DNA of 62,490 nucleotides, counting the filler, from Choristocarpus tenellus KU-1152 (lineage: Eukaryota > Protista > Phaeophyceae), in NCBI GenBank assembly GCA_964200185.2. It is 11 parts of 11 records of this genome, joined end to end, with 100 filler letters (N's around TTAATTAATTAA, not from the genome) between each part and the next. Parts side by side here need not be neighbours in the genome. Positions count along the whole stretch, not along the records: positions 1 to 9,581 come from CAXNAD020003559.1; positions 9,682 to 13,864 come from CAXNAD020015807.1; positions 13,965 to 18,468 come from CAXNAD020014250.1; 8 more parts are not named here. The stretch is one strand, 5' to 3'. The notes under the pieces are model-generated. The model was not told where the DNA came from and made no database searches. It worked only from the letters and a program-made list of their open reading frames with translations. The position numbers and the translations under genes were made by a program. This document shows, piece by piece, positions 1 to 14,069 of this stretch. Positions within the stretch are counted from its first letter, which is position 1, and every line of letters starts with the position of its first letter.

Positions 1-26
1 CCCCCGCGCTCCCCATCCCCTCCTCC

Positions 27-29
<3 letters not shown>

Positions 30-70
<41 letters not shown>

Positions 71-320
71 CTCTGTCTCTCTCTCTCTCTCTTATCTATA
101 TCTCTTATCTATATCTCTTATCTCCCTTATTTCTCTCTCTAATAAATACATGTGCTCTCTCTTATCTCTCTCTCTCTTATCTCTCTCTCTCTTATCTCTA
201 TCTCTCTTATTTCTCTCTCTCTTATCTCTATCTCTCTTATCTCTCTCTCTCTTATCTCTATCTCTCTTATTTCTCTCTCTCTTATTTCTCTCTCTCTTAT
301 CTATCTTATCTCTCTCTCTA
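30..320. repeat. Compound CT-rich microsatellite, approx (CTTATCTCTCTCTCT)n, intronic
   Basis: Directly visible ~15-nt pyrimidine repeat; it explains the SLLSL and RERDK pseudo-ORFs. Confidence 0.9.
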
Positions 321-350
321 ATAAATACATGTGATTCTCGTGCGTCCAAG

Positions 351-2195
351 TCTCTCAAGCTATGGCGTGAGATCATGCACGATATGTTCCGACTCTGGTG
401 CCTTGGGGAGGAGGACCTCTTGTCAGAGAGTGCTCCGTATGAGCTCACTGATACTGGACAGGGGAAGCAGCGGGTTCAGCAGAGCCCGCGTACCTTCAAG
501 GCCATGCAGGTATTTAGGAGGGGATTTAGATGTGTGTTGAGTAAGGGCGTGAGTGTGTGTGTGTGTGTGTGCAGGGAGGATGGTGTATTTTATATTTGAG
601 GATCATATTATCTTTTTTAATTATCTTTTTATCTATATAATTGATACGAATATTTTTAAGGATAGTATACTTTTTGTTTAGTCTGACAGTGGCACCGTGA
701 TAAGTAAGATAGATGAGGTGTTTAAAATTTTGTTTTAAAAAGAAGTGATGCAGTGATTTGTTCGTGTGCTGTTTTGGGGGATGTGATTTTTGTGTGCCAG
801 GGAGGATGGCGTATTTTATGTTTTGAGTGAGGATCGTATTATCTTTTTTAATTATCTTTTTATCTATGTAATTAATATGAATATTTAAGGATAGTATACT
901 TTTGTTTATAGTCTGACAGTGGTGCCGCGTTACACTACTTGTTTAAATTATCTTTTTTCTTTATGAAGTGGTAGAAACTCTGGCACGATTTCTTGCGATA
1001 TGTGTATATTAAAAAAATATTAAAATTGTGATCGCTTCTACGCTTCAATGCATTTTTATTTATTTTTTGTGTGCTTTGTTAGTTCGGTTCGTTTTTCTAT
1101 TGAGTTACTTTTTTTTTCCTTTTTTTTCTTTCTAATAATTATGCTATTCTCTAACATCTTGCATGCATGGGTTTTGAGATGCGTTTTCGCCTCACGATTC
1201 GTGCGTCAACGTTGAATGAAAGTTTTAATTTTTTTTTTTCTAATTCGTACTTCAATTCGATTGGATGAAAGTTTCTATAGCGGATTTTTGAGTTATGTTC
1301 TCGAACCCTTACAACGTTGCATTGTACTTGTGGAAAACTTATTCATTCATAGTTTATATATATATATATATGTGTGTGTGTGTTTGTGTATAGTATGAGT
1401 CGTGCTTGAAAAGAAATACAATTATTTGCCTCCCAAGATACACACGATGGGAAGACAGGAAAAAAAAAGTTATTTTTTATATTATTAATATTATTATTAT
1501 CATTATTATTATATATATTTTTTGACCAATGAGAAAGAAGGCAAGGTATTGTGATGCTCTACTACGGTTGCACCGGTTTAAAACAGGGTTGCGGTATATA
1601 TATGGGATTTTTTTTTTTTAGTGTCATATCGCCCCTTCAGCTTCTGATCTCTTACTCCACCAATTTTCTGGATTGGTTTATAGGGTGCTGATTTATACAG
1701 TAATGCTTGTAACATCATTGTACCTGTACGATTATTCCGCGTTGGGGGCAGATGACTCAGAGGTTGGCGGGATCAAATCCCGGTTGGATTTTTTTTTTTT
1801 CCGTGCGGTTGGAGGATAGAAATTGATTTTGTGGGTGCAGGCTCAACGGGAAACGGGAGGGTGTGTATGTATTGGTGAGGGAGAGCGATCGGTTAGTGAG
1901 GTAGATGGACCAAGAACTGTGCAGGGTAGCTCCCTGGTGACCTCCAGTGGAGAACCTTGACTCCTCCCAGTGCCCCTTTGTTTTTTTGAAACACGGGTTA
2001 GGGTTAGGGTTAGGGTTGGGGTTGGGGTTGGGGTTAAGTTTTAAAATATATATGAATGGAAAGGTGAATGGGAGATGACAGAGGTGGTGGTTCCCCAGTC
2101 CACACTGCTATTGTTGTAATAACCCTAACCCTAGGTTTCCAATGAAGCAGTACTATGTACTGCAGTGGTATCAACCCTAACCCTAGCCTTCATCG

Positions 2196-2246
<51 letters not shown>

Positions 2247-3906
2247 CAGTAGTAGAAGTAGTAGTAGCAGTGCGAAACTTCTCCCAGGAAGTTTTCTTTT
2301 CCCAGTTAGGGACATCTTTCACTTGCAATTTAGCGTCAGGGTTAGGATAGGATTATGTTCGAGTGTCTTAGGGTTAGGGTTTTGTGCTGTTTTGTCCGTT
2401 TGAGCCTTGGCTTCCCACGTTTTATTTTTGGTTTTTTATTAATGGCATTTCCTGTCCTGAAACTGTTTCGGAGTAGTAGGTAAAACATTGAAACGTATTC
2501 AACTTTTTGGAGCAGGTGTCACGTGTGTGTGTCCGCCAGCAAGGACATTGACACTTCCTTAACAAACACGATAGTCAAAATTACATCAAAATTTGCAAAC
2601 TTTGGATTTTTGGGCGGCGAATGGACGCGATTCTACCCTCTATAAGATAACTCGACTCTTTTCGAAAATTCCCTGTAGTGTCGGTGTTTCTAAAGAGGTG
2701 GCGGGCGGTCTCCGACTGTCTATCCACTGGCCTCTGGTTTTGTGAAATGAAGATGTGTTTATGATTGTTTCACTGGGACAGATGGTTGAGAGACTGTTTC
2801 TACTGCGGCTTCTGCTGCTGCTGCTGCTGCTGCTGCTACTACTACTACTACTGAGTGAAAGTGTTTTAGAGGGTATGAGTTTGACCCTGTTTGTCCTTTT
2901 GGGGGTTGACTTCCCCTATTTTGTTTTTTTTATGGCATTTTCCTACTCCAAGATATTTCGGAGTAGGTAAAGATTTATACGTTGTGTGTGTCCGGAACGA
3001 GGATTTTCCTACTGACACGTCCTAACAAAACACGATATATATATATATATATATCCAAAAATTACATCGAAATCGCAACATCATTATTGGACATGTGGCC
3101 TCCAAACGGACGCGACTCTCTACCCTAACCCTAATCTTCGGGTTGCTGCTATCTGTCTGCACCTGTGGTGAACCTGAGTTGTTTTTACTGTGCTGCCTTT
3201 GCACCTGACCCAGAGGGTGGTGGATTTCATTGCCTAGTTTGGTGCATTCAGTGTCTAGTTAATCGGTTTAAGCGCAGTTCCTAGGGTCTGCATAGACCCC
3301 TTTTCCTGGAGACTCCTAATCCTGCAAAATCTTTCGGAAGTTCTGCTATAGACCAGTATGGCGTTTGCTGTAGTATGAATAGCGCGTACATGAATCTGAC
3401 TGAACTCGACTTTTTGTTGTCGTGTGTTCTTGTTTTGCTTTTTTTTATATCTATTAATTTATGTACATATATATATATTGTTTATGAATGATGCTCTCTT
3501 TGCAAGGTTTCTATATATTTTTTTATTTTTTTGGGGGGGGGTTTACGTCTTGAAACATGTCGAAGCGATCGCTGTGTTTCCTTTTGTTCTTTTTTGATTT
3601 TTTTTTTTTCTGTAGGAGATTCTGTATCACGCTCAGAGGGGAGTGGACAGCTGGATAGGGAGCAGCGTTATTCACCTGGGTGATCGTAACGTGCCTAATG
3701 CTCTCATGTTCATCGACAAGTACACTCAGGTGTGTCATGCATGCCCTCTCTCGCCGTTCATATGTGCATATAGAAATACACGTATGTGTAATGTGTGCAT
3801 GCGTGCATACATATGTAATACATACATTCACACACATAATAGACAATATATACATACAGGGATACGTATAGACGTACATACATATATACATACATACATA
3901 CATACA

Positions 3907-3940
<34 letters not shown>

Positions 3941-6073
3941 CATGCATACATAATACACAAATGATGCCTACATACACAAATATTACATACATAATACACA
4001 AATAATGCATACATGCACACATAATAATGCTTACACACACACACACACACGTAATACAATACAATACAATACAATACAATGCATGCAATGCAATGCAATG
4101 CAATGCAATACAATACAATACAATACAATGCAATGCAATGCAATACAATACAATACAATACAATACAATACAATACAATACAATACAATACACATAGCAC
4201 ATAGCACAGATATACACACATATGTACTACCTACACGTGTCATTTTTGCTAACCTTTTTATTTTTGTCTTTTTTATTTTTTTAAATCACGCAGTTAGGCT
4301 TAGGTTATGGCATGCGGTTGGGGGGGGTTAGGTTTTGTCCCAATGACTATTTTTGAATTGGAATAAATAACAAGATGTGTTCCACCCCAACTATAGTACG
4401 GATGCGACATTGTTAGTAAAATATATTTATTACTGCCGTCCGATCAATATGATGGTAGAAGGTATACCTTATTCTTATTTTACTGTATGTTTCTTGCGCC
4501 GTTGAGAGTCTCAGTCACTCTTAACCTGCAGAAAAGAAATAATGCTAGTATGGTTGATGGATTAGGACAGGACACTTGTCGATGCCTGTTGTCCTATTGT
4601 ACTGGGAAAAAAAGTTGATTTTTTTTTGTTATGTTTGAAAATGTTCATGTGTGTGACGTTTTTCTATTTTAGTTACGATCATGCACCCTCTGCTTCTTTT
4701 TTTGTTATATTGTGCCATGTCTCTATTCGCTTACGGTCGCGGTTCTCAATTGTTCTTTCCGTTTTAATAATGATTCTGATGGTTGCCGTTTTTAATTGTT
4801 CTTTCCTTTTAAAAATTGTTCTGATGGTTGCCGTTTTTCGATTGTTCTTTCCGTTTTAAAAATTATTCTGATGGTTGCGGTTCTCAGTTCTTTCCCTTTT
4901 AAAAATGGTTTTAATATGGACGTATGTAATATGGATATATTTTTAAAATGAGCTGTCGAGACGCACAGAAATATTCTATTTTATAGGTAGTGTGTGGTAA
5001 GGTCCATGAGTACGTTCTTGTTTGTCTCTGAGTTTAATAATAGCTTCCTTAAGAAACTAAAAAAATAACCAAGGTTATATTTTTTTTATCATTGATGTGA
5101 TTATCACTATTCTTATCAATATGACCACTATTATCTTCATTAATCTGACCATGATAACAATTAATATTACCATCACTATTATGACCATCACTATCATTAT
5201 TAAGATAGTTTTTGCTGTTTTTTATTTGTAGGTATCACACTATCATTAATTTGATCATCACTATCATTATTATAGTTAGTATGATTAACATCAACATGGC
5301 CATCACTATTATTGTTATCATTAATATAACCATTGCTATCATTGTTGTAATTACTATGATTATCATCAATATGGCTATCACTATTGTTATCATTAATATA
5401 ACCATCACTATCATTAGTATTACCATTACTATGATTACAATTAACATAACCATTGCTATCATTATTGCTATGATTATAATTAACACAACCATCACCGTTA
5501 CTATTATTACTAATGATTACAATGAACACAACCAATCTCTATTATTATTATTACTACTCTGACTCTAATGAACAAAACCATCACTATTATTATTATTATT
5601 ATTATTATTACTACTACTACTATTACTATTACTAACGATCATAATGAAACAAAACCTCATCACACTATTATCATTATTAAGATCAGTTTTTGTCGCTTTG
5701 CGTTGATAGGTGTCGCGCATACTAGGACCCATTGTGAATTGCCTAGAGCAGCTGGAGCGCATGGTGGACGACAACGAGGGTGTAGCCAACTTGGTCGAGA
5801 GTGGATACGGAGGACTGGCTCGCGTGAGGAAGGACATCCTCAATGACTTCTTCCGTTCCGCATTTGATGGTAGTGGGGCGGACAACTTCTTTGATGCTGG
5901 AAGGTACAGGAGTCGGGAGTCTTGAAGTGTGTGAATATGTGCTGCCTCTTTTTTTGTAAGAAAACCGTCAACTGAAACGGCGTAGTGTAACTGCCAGTGG
6001 ACTTTTTTTTTAAAGTAGAAATTGAATGTCGAGGAACGGACTGTACTGCACTGGGGCGCGCGTGCGCGCACAC

Positions 6074-6111
<38 letters not shown>

Positions 6112-6121
6112 GCGCGCGCGC

Positions 6122-6156
<35 letters not shown>

Positions 6157-6279
6157 CTCTTTTTGTAAGTGTACTTTGAAACGGTGAAAAAAGTATAACT
6201 GCCAATGGGGAGGTCTATAATTTTTTTGTTGAGCTCGGCGTTGCATCTCTTTTCAAGCTGAATGCGGCTTGAATTGATG

Positions 6280-6338
<59 letters not shown>

Positions 6339-8632
6339 ATTATTATTATTATTGTTATTATTTATCTTTGTCTATGGCCCATGTTAAAGAAGCTCTGCTG
6401 TTTCCCAAGGTTTAGTTTTGTGTGTATGTACTGATTAATTCCTTGGTGGGTTGTGAACAGGACGGATCGATGAACTAAGGAGTAGGAAAGGAGGAACAAG
6501 CCTTGGTGGTGTGAGACTAGGAACATTCCTGTTTTCACCGAACATTCCTCATCCGTTGTTGATCACTAATTGCTATTCACAGATTACTTGGGCATGGTGC
6601 TGTCTCCTATCGCTGAACTCTTCCGTGTTCTAGTTCATTAACCTGTAGTCATCATCTCCTACTCTTCAGGACACAAGTCCTTATTTTGTTCCGTGGAGCT
6701 GATCGTTTCTTTTTTTTGTGTGCAAAATCTACATTCACACAAGAAATGAAAGAAGGGTTGGTTCTTCTTGACAGCCCGAAGTTTTGTGTCGAGTGTTTTT
6801 TGTTTTGTTTTTTTAATTTATTTATTGAAACGTCGGCCAGCTGAGACCATTTTCCCCGTTAAGAGTATGGAAGTTTGAAGAATCTCGCCTTGTAGCTCGG
6901 CAGAGCTTTGAGAGTTTTTTTTTATGTTGCAGCAGTCGTTCTTGCTTCAAAGAAGAGTGTAGAGTAGACAGAGTCAATCGAACTGAGAGGTAGGGTTAGG
7001 GTTTTCGTTGTAAGGATCCCGAGAAAGGGCGAGGAGGTGCAATTTTGTGCAAGAGCGGGAATAAGAAAGAGCGTTTTTGTTTTTTTTAATTGGGGTGTGT
7101 CATTTTGTGCATGGAAAGAAGGGGGGGGGGGTATCGATTTGACGTACACTGTTGTTTGTTTATATGTAGTAATTATAACGGGGTGTATTGGGCAGGGTGA
7201 GAAAGATGGCTGGGGATGTAAAGGGGTTTAAAAGTCTGCCCATCTTTCGATCGTTTTGGCTCACAAGAGGGATCTGATACCAAGGTACTCCACATTTGCT
7301 GTTGCTATCGCATAGCGGTTATGTGAAGTAGAGATTTTACTACTACTGTTTGAGGCTTTTTCAAGAGAACTCTTGTTTGTGAGGAAGCCGAAGGATATGG
7401 AGCAAGGAAATTATTTGTAAGAAACTTCTTGATGGCCGTGGATATGGAGCAAGGAAATTATTTGTAAGAAACTTCTTGATGGCCGTGGATGCGGAAGGAA
7501 ATTATTTGTAAGAAACTTCTTGATGGCCGTGGATGCGGAAGGAAATTATTTGTAAGAAACTTCTTGATGGCCGTGGATGCGGTAGTGAGTGAAACTGAGG
7601 TACTCTGCTGTTTGAGGTCTTTTCGAAAGAAATTCTGTTTATGAGGAACTCAAACATATGGAGTAAGCAAAAAAATATCAAGAAACTTCTTGATGGCTAT
7701 TGACGCAGTGGTGCGCTGACGGTTTAGGCACGGAAGCAAGGCGATCGTTGAGAGTGAAGTAGTATCGTGACCAATATGTCCTTTGTGGCAATGGGGGATG
7801 CATTGAAACCACTTGTAGCACACCTTGACCCTGAAACCCTCCTAGTCCTCTCTATTTGAACAGTGTGTCACTGACACAGGGGAGTACTGGTTAGTGAAGA
7901 TGGGATAATGAAACCTTGGTGCCTCACACAATACCCCCCTCCCCCCCCCCCCAGCCTTTGTGTTACCAATTGTTGGCATTTGAGCAGTGTTGGGGGGAGC
8001 AGGGGGAGGGATGAAATTTTATTTCGCCGTTGAGAGGTTTGAGTTCTTGCTGAATGTCCTTTTGGATACACAATATAACTGTATAGTATATTAGCAAGTT
8101 TATTAGTGATGGATGATCACTGTTTGTATGTTATTAGCCGGAACATGTATGAATACGTGCTCGTTTAAGACTCTTGAAGTATGTGCTAGGATCCTATTAC
8201 TAGCCCTAACTCTACCCCCAAGATTTTTTTCTTCTTTTATGAGTATAAATCGATTGACCGAATGTTGCTTTTCCCCTTGAAAGTCTGATTTCTTTTGATA
8301 TTGAGTTCCTGACAATCTGTCGAACTTCATGCCCCCCCCCCACAAAAACGTAGTCCACCCCCCCAACCAACAGCACCCCCAGCACACCCCCCCCCCCATC
8401 ACCACCCACCNNNNNNNNNNCCCTAAATATATTTTTTTTTTTTTTTTGTGTTCCCCCCCCACCTTCCCCATCTCCCCCCCCCCCCCCCCCCCCCCCACCC
8501 TCTTAACTCAGCTGCATTGATGGTCGCCTGACTTCCGCCTGGAACTGGTGCTCACAATTGAACACTAAGCCGTATTTCCCCATGTTCAAGTTGACTGGCT
8601 TCACTGGTTTTGATGGGGACTTCCAGCGATGA
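351..8632 (+). CDS. UPF0652 / DUF2009 family protein, last 4 exons (5' part outside the window)
   Basis: Exons 351-509, 3616-3729, 5710-5903, 8512-8632 have GT-AG boundaries and compatible phases (0,0,2). They translate [24 protein letters not shown]...[13 protein letters not shown]...[35 protein letters not shown]...[58 protein letters not shown], the recognisable DUF2009 C-terminus. Confidence 0.9.
572..927 (+). repeat. Imperfect direct duplication of ~125 bp (572-697 and 798-927), intronic
   Basis: Both copies read cagggaggatgg.gtattttat...aaggatagtatac...gtctgacagtgg..ccg. Confidence 0.8.
1996..2036 (+). repeat. Interstitial telomere-like repeats (TTAGGG)n/(TTGGGG)n
   Basis: gggttagggttagggttagggttggggttggggttgggg; similar short tracts near 9870, 13030, 40650-40740 and 58630. 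Confidence 0.8.
2400..3130 (+). mobile_element. Two degenerate copies of MITE family A (~2400-2655 and ~2852-3125)
   Basis: Body motifs ttggcttccca, cggagtag, ttgacacttcc..acaaacacgatag, ggacgcga.tctaccc match the intact copy at 30087-30346; TIR start gagtgaaagtg.tttagagggta at ~2853. Confidence 0.75.
3880..4195. repeat. Microsatellites (TACA)n, (CA)n, (CAATA)n/(CAATG)n
   Basis: Directly visible. Confidence 0.9.
4740..4910 (+). repeat. Minisatellite, ~46-bp unit, about 4 copies
   Basis: Unit approx ttgttctttccgttttaaaaattattctgatggttgccgttttt. Confidence 0.8.
5095..5680. repeat. Degenerate (ATT/ATC/ACT)n low-complexity tract, intronic
   Basis: Triplet-periodic AT-rich sequence that gives poly-Ile and poly-Asn pseudo-ORFs. 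Confidence 0.8.
7393..7582 (+). repeat. Minisatellite, 43-47 bp unit, 4 copies
   Basis: aaggaaattatttgtaagaaacttcttgatggccgtggat repeated head-to-tail with no unique spacers. Confidence 0.9.
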
Positions 8633-9581
8633 TCAAAGGAGTTAGCCAATATGTTCACCTCTTTGAAGGGCTTTTTATTGTGCTGGAAACAGAAGCACTT
8701 AGATGCATAGATATGATAGGGTTTCTTTTTGTGGTTGATGGCATGGTGGTGCTGTGTGCAAGTGGTAGAACGGCTCCCCTACATTGGACTCTACGTGGTC
8801 TTTTGCTGCTAAGGTACAGCATATGTTTCCCATGCTGGTTGCATATGGCGATTAAATGGACTGTTTTTTTAGTTAGTACTTCAGATAGGAGTGTAGTGCT
8901 GCAGCCAGGGCACCTTGTGTTGTCCTCAGGTGGGATCTGAAACCATTTCACAAAGATGTTTTGTGACAAGGACTGTTGGGTCTATCTACAGTAGGAGTAC
9001 TTTACCTTGTCTGTGGTCCAGGCTTTCTTTCGTTTGGACTGCAGCTCTAACAGCACAGTAGGGACGTTTTGCTGCCTGTTGTGCGCTTGTGTGTGTATGT
9101 GATACATCTAAATAAACATGCATACGTAAGTATGTGTGTATGTATAGGAAGGACTTGTCTCAACACCACATGGACAGGAAAGAAAGGACGGCAACTATGT
9201 TGACCTCCAACGTGGAGCTTATCATTTGTCAGGCAATCATACTATGATCCTTGCATTGTAGTGAAACAGACTGCACAAAGTCCTGTGGTAGATCTGAACA
9301 ATGGAAGAACAGTATCTCTGAGTAAGAACTTCAAATTGGTGGTGCCGAGTCTTTTGTGTGACCAAAACGTTCTCTGTGGGATTAGTCAGTGCACATAGTT
9401 CTATGTTCTCCACCATTTTGCGCATGGGTAGTCCCAGCAAGAGGAGCATGAACAACAAGAGATGCATCCAAGGGGACCCGCATGGACAAAAAAAAAACTT
9501 ATCGTAAAGCTGGCAGGTTGAGCGGGGTGGGATAGGGTAAGTGTGGGGGGTGGTGGGTTGGTAAGGGTTAAGTGTAAAAGT

Positions 9582-9681
9582 NNNNNNNNNNNNNNNNNNN
9601 NNNNNNNNNNNNNNNNNNNNNNNNNTTAATTAATTAANNNNNNNNNNNNNNNNNNNNNNNNNNNNNNNNNNNNNNNNNNNN
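9582..9681. other. Artificial contig spacer (44 N + TTAATTAATTAA + 44 N); also at 13865, 18469, 21125, 36352, 39688, 42477, 48901, 53532 and 56214
   Basis: Identical 100-nt structure occurs ten times; the linker puts stop codons in all six frames. Confidence 0.97.
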
Positions 9682-10307
9682 TAAATGCACTTTTTCTTAT
9701 TTTTTTCCCAAATGACCCCCTGGGTTTGCCCCCCCCCCCCCCCCCCCCAGATACTTTGGGTCTCTAAGGCTGGGGAGTGCAGCGCACAAGGAACCTGTCG
9801 TCGGGAACCACGATAGAATCCCGCCTCCCCTTTTTTTGCATGCATTTTTTCGGAAACCTGACCCTATCCCCAACCCTAACCCTAACCCTTACTCGTGTGT
9901 GCAAAACATCCCTATTTAGCCAAAAAAAACTTCTAAACGAAGTGGTGCAGCACTACAGTGTTTTCACACACATATCTAACTCTAACCCTGTCCCTGACCC
10001 TGACCCTGACCTATGTTTTAAATAACTGGAAAGCTTGGTTAAAGAAGTGAAAAAAAGTATGACAGCGGTGGTTCACCAAGATCGGGGTTGTTCTCAATGA
10101 CAGGGAGGCTCCCCTATGCACTTCAGAAGCTCATGGCCAGAGAAGGGAAATATACCTCACATTGCCGCTTCTGTGCACTGTGTTATTTATACCTGTGACT
10201 AGAACCATACCATGACTTCTGGGAGGACAACACATGTAACTCAAAAGGTCACACAATAGAAGATTGATTACTACGAGGGATGTTACAATCCTGGAATCTC
10301 TCTCTCT

Positions 10308-10345
<38 letters not shown>

Positions 10346-11642
10346 CGACTCACTTGGTGTCTATACCCACAAGTTGAGCTACTCAGCCTGTTCAGGTGCT
10401 GGTTGATCATCATTGTTGTGTATATTTGACTGTGGGGGTCGATTTGAACGACTCAGGTTTTCAGGGTTTGATCCAAAGATGTTGGAGACTCTGCAGACCG
10501 CTGCCATTCCCCTTGCTGAAATCCTTTCTCAGAGAAGTCATGCACTAGGCGCAGGGTTGCTCACCCTTCACAGACTGATAGCCTCGGCTTCAGTTGCTGG
10601 CCTCACATTGGGAGGCGTTGGGAGTTATTTGTTTACTGATTTCTGTGTGTTGGTGTATAAAAAAAAGAAGTTCGTTCGTAACACATCTTTCATCCCTTTG
10701 ACTGTCCGGTTTTAACTTCAATACTCTGTTCCAGGTTGGTAGGGTTTTAATGTACGGGCTATTAGTTGACGAAGGAGTCCGATTGTAATATTTAAAGGGG
10801 GTCTAGACAAATAACGAGGTAATTATCACACAAGAGTTAGTATCTCACCAGACCTCGCCTGGTCTATGTTGCAGTCAACTCATGACCAGGCATTATTGAT
10901 GATACATCCCTCTTATTGTTGATGCATTTATTTCTCGATCCCTGCTAACTACATGCATTTTTCAGAATGGTTATGGTAGAGAAAGAGAAGTAGTGAAAAA
11001 TACTAAAATACACAACCAACACTGAAGACAGCAACAGAGTAAGTCTGTATTCTATATTGTTGAAAACGAACGGCCTTCCTATTGTAGAAAAACACTTGTA
11101 GTAGTCTAATCCGAAAGCAAGAAGCAGTTCTTACATGTGCCTGGTACCCTAGGGTAGGACTTAAGGATATTGTCTAGAAATGTGGAAAAAGGGATTGAAT
11201 GGTAACGGTTGGTCGCAAATCTCTCCTTTTTGTTTCTTTTGTCCTTACGATTTCAAATTATGTAGAAATATCGAGTTATAGCAAAGTACAACCAAGTATT
11301 TCGTTTGTGGTTGTTGGTCACTCTTGATTTAGCGCGCCGTGTTCTCTTATCGCGCGAACTGCTTCAATCAACACAACCAACTACTTTTCACTACAGCACG
11401 TATTCAATCGTTGTGTGACAGGACTTTGTTATTGTTGCCTTGAAGGAGTCTGGCCGTCACGTCTTTCCCCCCCACCTGTATTTGCCTCGTGGGGGAGGCT
11501 TACTTCTCTCTCGAGAGTTATCTTGTAGTAGTACTGACGAACCACAAAACCTCTAAGTCTGACCTCTGGTTGTTGCAGTGAGGGTCATCATCTCGTCGAT
11601 AGGACTATGAGTTGGAGGAATGGAATGATCAATAGGAAGAAA

Positions 11643-11956
11643 ATGGAACAGCGACGATTCCACCAACGTTCTCTCCCACCTCTGCTGCTGGTAGTGGGAT
11701 GTACTTTCCTTTCTGTTGCCCCAGTGGCACGGGCTTTGCTGGCCCTGGCGCCTCGACACGTGCCAACAACTCGGTTCGTCCAATCCTCCAGTTATAAAAG
11801 GGGAGTTGGGATGCCCGGACTACTAGGGACGGCGTATGGACGAAGAGGTTTGATGCACGGGTTGAATCAACCTAGGCCCTGTGTGGGGGCCGAGGGAGGA
11901 GCTGATGAGGTGGGGAGCGCATCTCCCCAAGAGCCCGAGCAGGTGCCGATGACGAG
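11643..11956 (+). CDS. Probable first exon of a signal-peptide (possibly plastid-targeted) protein; downstream exons not identified
   Basis: MEQRRFHQRSLPPLLLVVGCTFLSVAPVARA|LLALAPRHVPTTRF...: hydrophobic core and AxA site, then a basic Ser/Arg-rich stretch; ends at donor AG|GTATGC. Confidence 0.45.
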
Positions 11957-14069
11957 GTATGCAGTGAGAAATGATACTGGAAGGGAGTATTAGTTCAATC
12001 CCTGAATATAGGGATATGCTGTTGTTACTAGAGTTGTTGAGATTGGGGTACACCTTCAACTCACAATGTAATGGCGTATAAAAATCTCCCTCTACCTCTT
12101 TCTGCACGAAGCTGGACGTGATATTAGTGTTTGGTTGCGAAGGAGTATGGTATAGCTTCATTAATCATGGCCTCTTCCTGAGCTTCTTCCGTTTGACTTT
12201 GAACATTTCGAAAATTTTGAACTTTACTGTTATGTGACCAGCCAGCGTGGATAGGTCGTTGCAATACCACCAAGCCCTTCCTCTTGCTAAAATATGTTTG
12301 GGTCGGGTCAAGGCTGAGTAACATTTCACCGAACGGCCCGTTTGAATCGTAGGATGACCAGTCGCTCTTCTTCCTGTCACTCAATGGAATGACTTTCCCT
12401 GAGGTTTTTTAGGCTCCTCTATATCCCTACAAACCGTGTAAAATATTTGGGGCACCCTGCAAATAGTCGATGTTCTTCCAGTCTTGGTGGCAAGCCTTGA
12501 CAGAGGATGCAATACCCAAATCATTTCATGCATGGTCGACTCTTAGATTTATTCTTGTCCGCTTGTTACCGTACAAAGGAACATATTTCGGCAGTGCTAG
12601 GTTAGCATGGGTCTTCTACTCTGTACAGTAGGGTTAGGGTTTTGCTTTGTAATATCTTTCAGATAAATGCCCGCTCGCCACTGCATCCCCCCCCATCCCA
12701 CCCATCCCACCCATCCCACCCCCAGAATTCTTCCCCCCTCCTGACTTCTGAAACTCCTGCCTCACTTACCCTTGGTGGATGCAAACCTCCCTTCACCCTG
12801 GCGCTCGCGGTGCGATCCCCTGGGTGGGTGGGGGGTTGCAATGGGGATTCCACTTTGTTCCGCTAAGTGGGGGAGCTGAAGAGACCAGAAAGGTGAATGC
12901 ACAATATTGAGGGCCTCCAACTTCCTTCCACATTATTTTCTATATATTTTTTTTGATGTTTACGATGACATCCTCTTCCAAGTCGTACCGGGGAATAGAA
13001 TTAGGGTTAAGGCTAGGATGCGCCTCTCTAGGGTTAGGGTTAGGATTATGCAAGGCGTTTTTTCTCTGGAAATACCGTTGCTGTTGATGATCCCTTCTAA
13101 TAAATTTGTACTTTTGAGCTTTTTTTAAAAAAACTTCTGGAAGGTATACCCTAAAACGCCTCTTTCCTCTGCGCTCGTACCGCTGCTTCTTGGCGGTTTG
13201 GCACCATGCGCTTTGCAGCGAGGTTTTTGACTTACCTAATAAGGCGGTGCCGTATCGATGCTTATATTTATTTTTATGTTGTTGATCTACCCTATCTCTA
13301 TATATATATACATATGTAACCACCCCTAACATCCAATACTGTGCTTACTAGTGTTGTGAACCAAAAAAAAAAAACCCAAGAGGAAGAATATAAAATAAGA
13401 AACGTTGGAAAATTCGATGAAGTTTTGGGTATTGAATTTGTTGAATTGATCGAATTTGGCTTGAGACTGCCAGTGCACAAGGCGATAGGGTTAGGGTTAT
13501 AAGGTGATAGCGAGCTAAACGTGCGTACTTCGCGAAGGTCATTGAAATGATGTATGGTACCATTATTGGTAGGCAAAAAAAAAAGAAAACCTTTCTAGGG
13601 CTCCACAGGTCTCGACCGCGGCAGGCCTCAGATCCGAAGCCGTGGGAGAGTGCCTGAAATGTTAAATGTAGTGAGCTGTGGGTGTTCCGACACCTTGCGA
13701 TGGATATGTATGGGGTTCTTCTATGACCTTGTGCGCGTTTTGTTTGGTCGCGCTTTTTTTTTTTTTTATTAAGGTGGGGAGGGGGGGGGGGGGGGGGGGG
13801 GGGGAGGTGTTTTAAAAAGTTGTTCACAAAAGAGAAGAAGCCCAGGTCTTCCCCCCACACCCCCNNNNNNNNNNNNNNNNNNNNNNNNNNNNNNNNNNNN
13901 NNNNNNNNTTAATTAATTAANNNNNNNNNNNNNNNNNNNNNNNNNNNNNNNNNNNNNNNNNNNNCAGAAGCTGTGTTTCAGAGTCCATCACCATTTCGAC
14001 CCCAGTCCCCAGTCTCCCCCCCCCCACAATGACTACCCACAACCACCACCCCCATATTCCATTGCCTAC

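Noticed and set aside
1996-2036. True chromosome end
   Set aside because: Only a few degenerate units inside an intron; similar tracts are scattered through the window
3523-6335. Long ORFs rich in CIVLY, poly-Ile and CV repeats
   Set aside because: Translations of microsatellites in introns of the DUF2009 gene
7393-7582. CRISPR-like array
   Set aside because: Repeats are head-to-tail with no unique spacers, inside a eukaryotic intron, and no cas genes are present; it is a minisatellite
9626-9637. Recurrent TTAATTAATTAA palindrome as a biological motif
   Set aside because: Always centred in N runs of fixed length, so it is an assembly linker
10413-10715. 100-aa ORF and neighbouring exon-like sequence
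   Set aside because: I could not build a consistent spliced frame on either strand
12124-12550. Possible decayed transposon ORF on the minus strand
   Set aside because: Stop-interrupted with no diagnostic motif I can recognise
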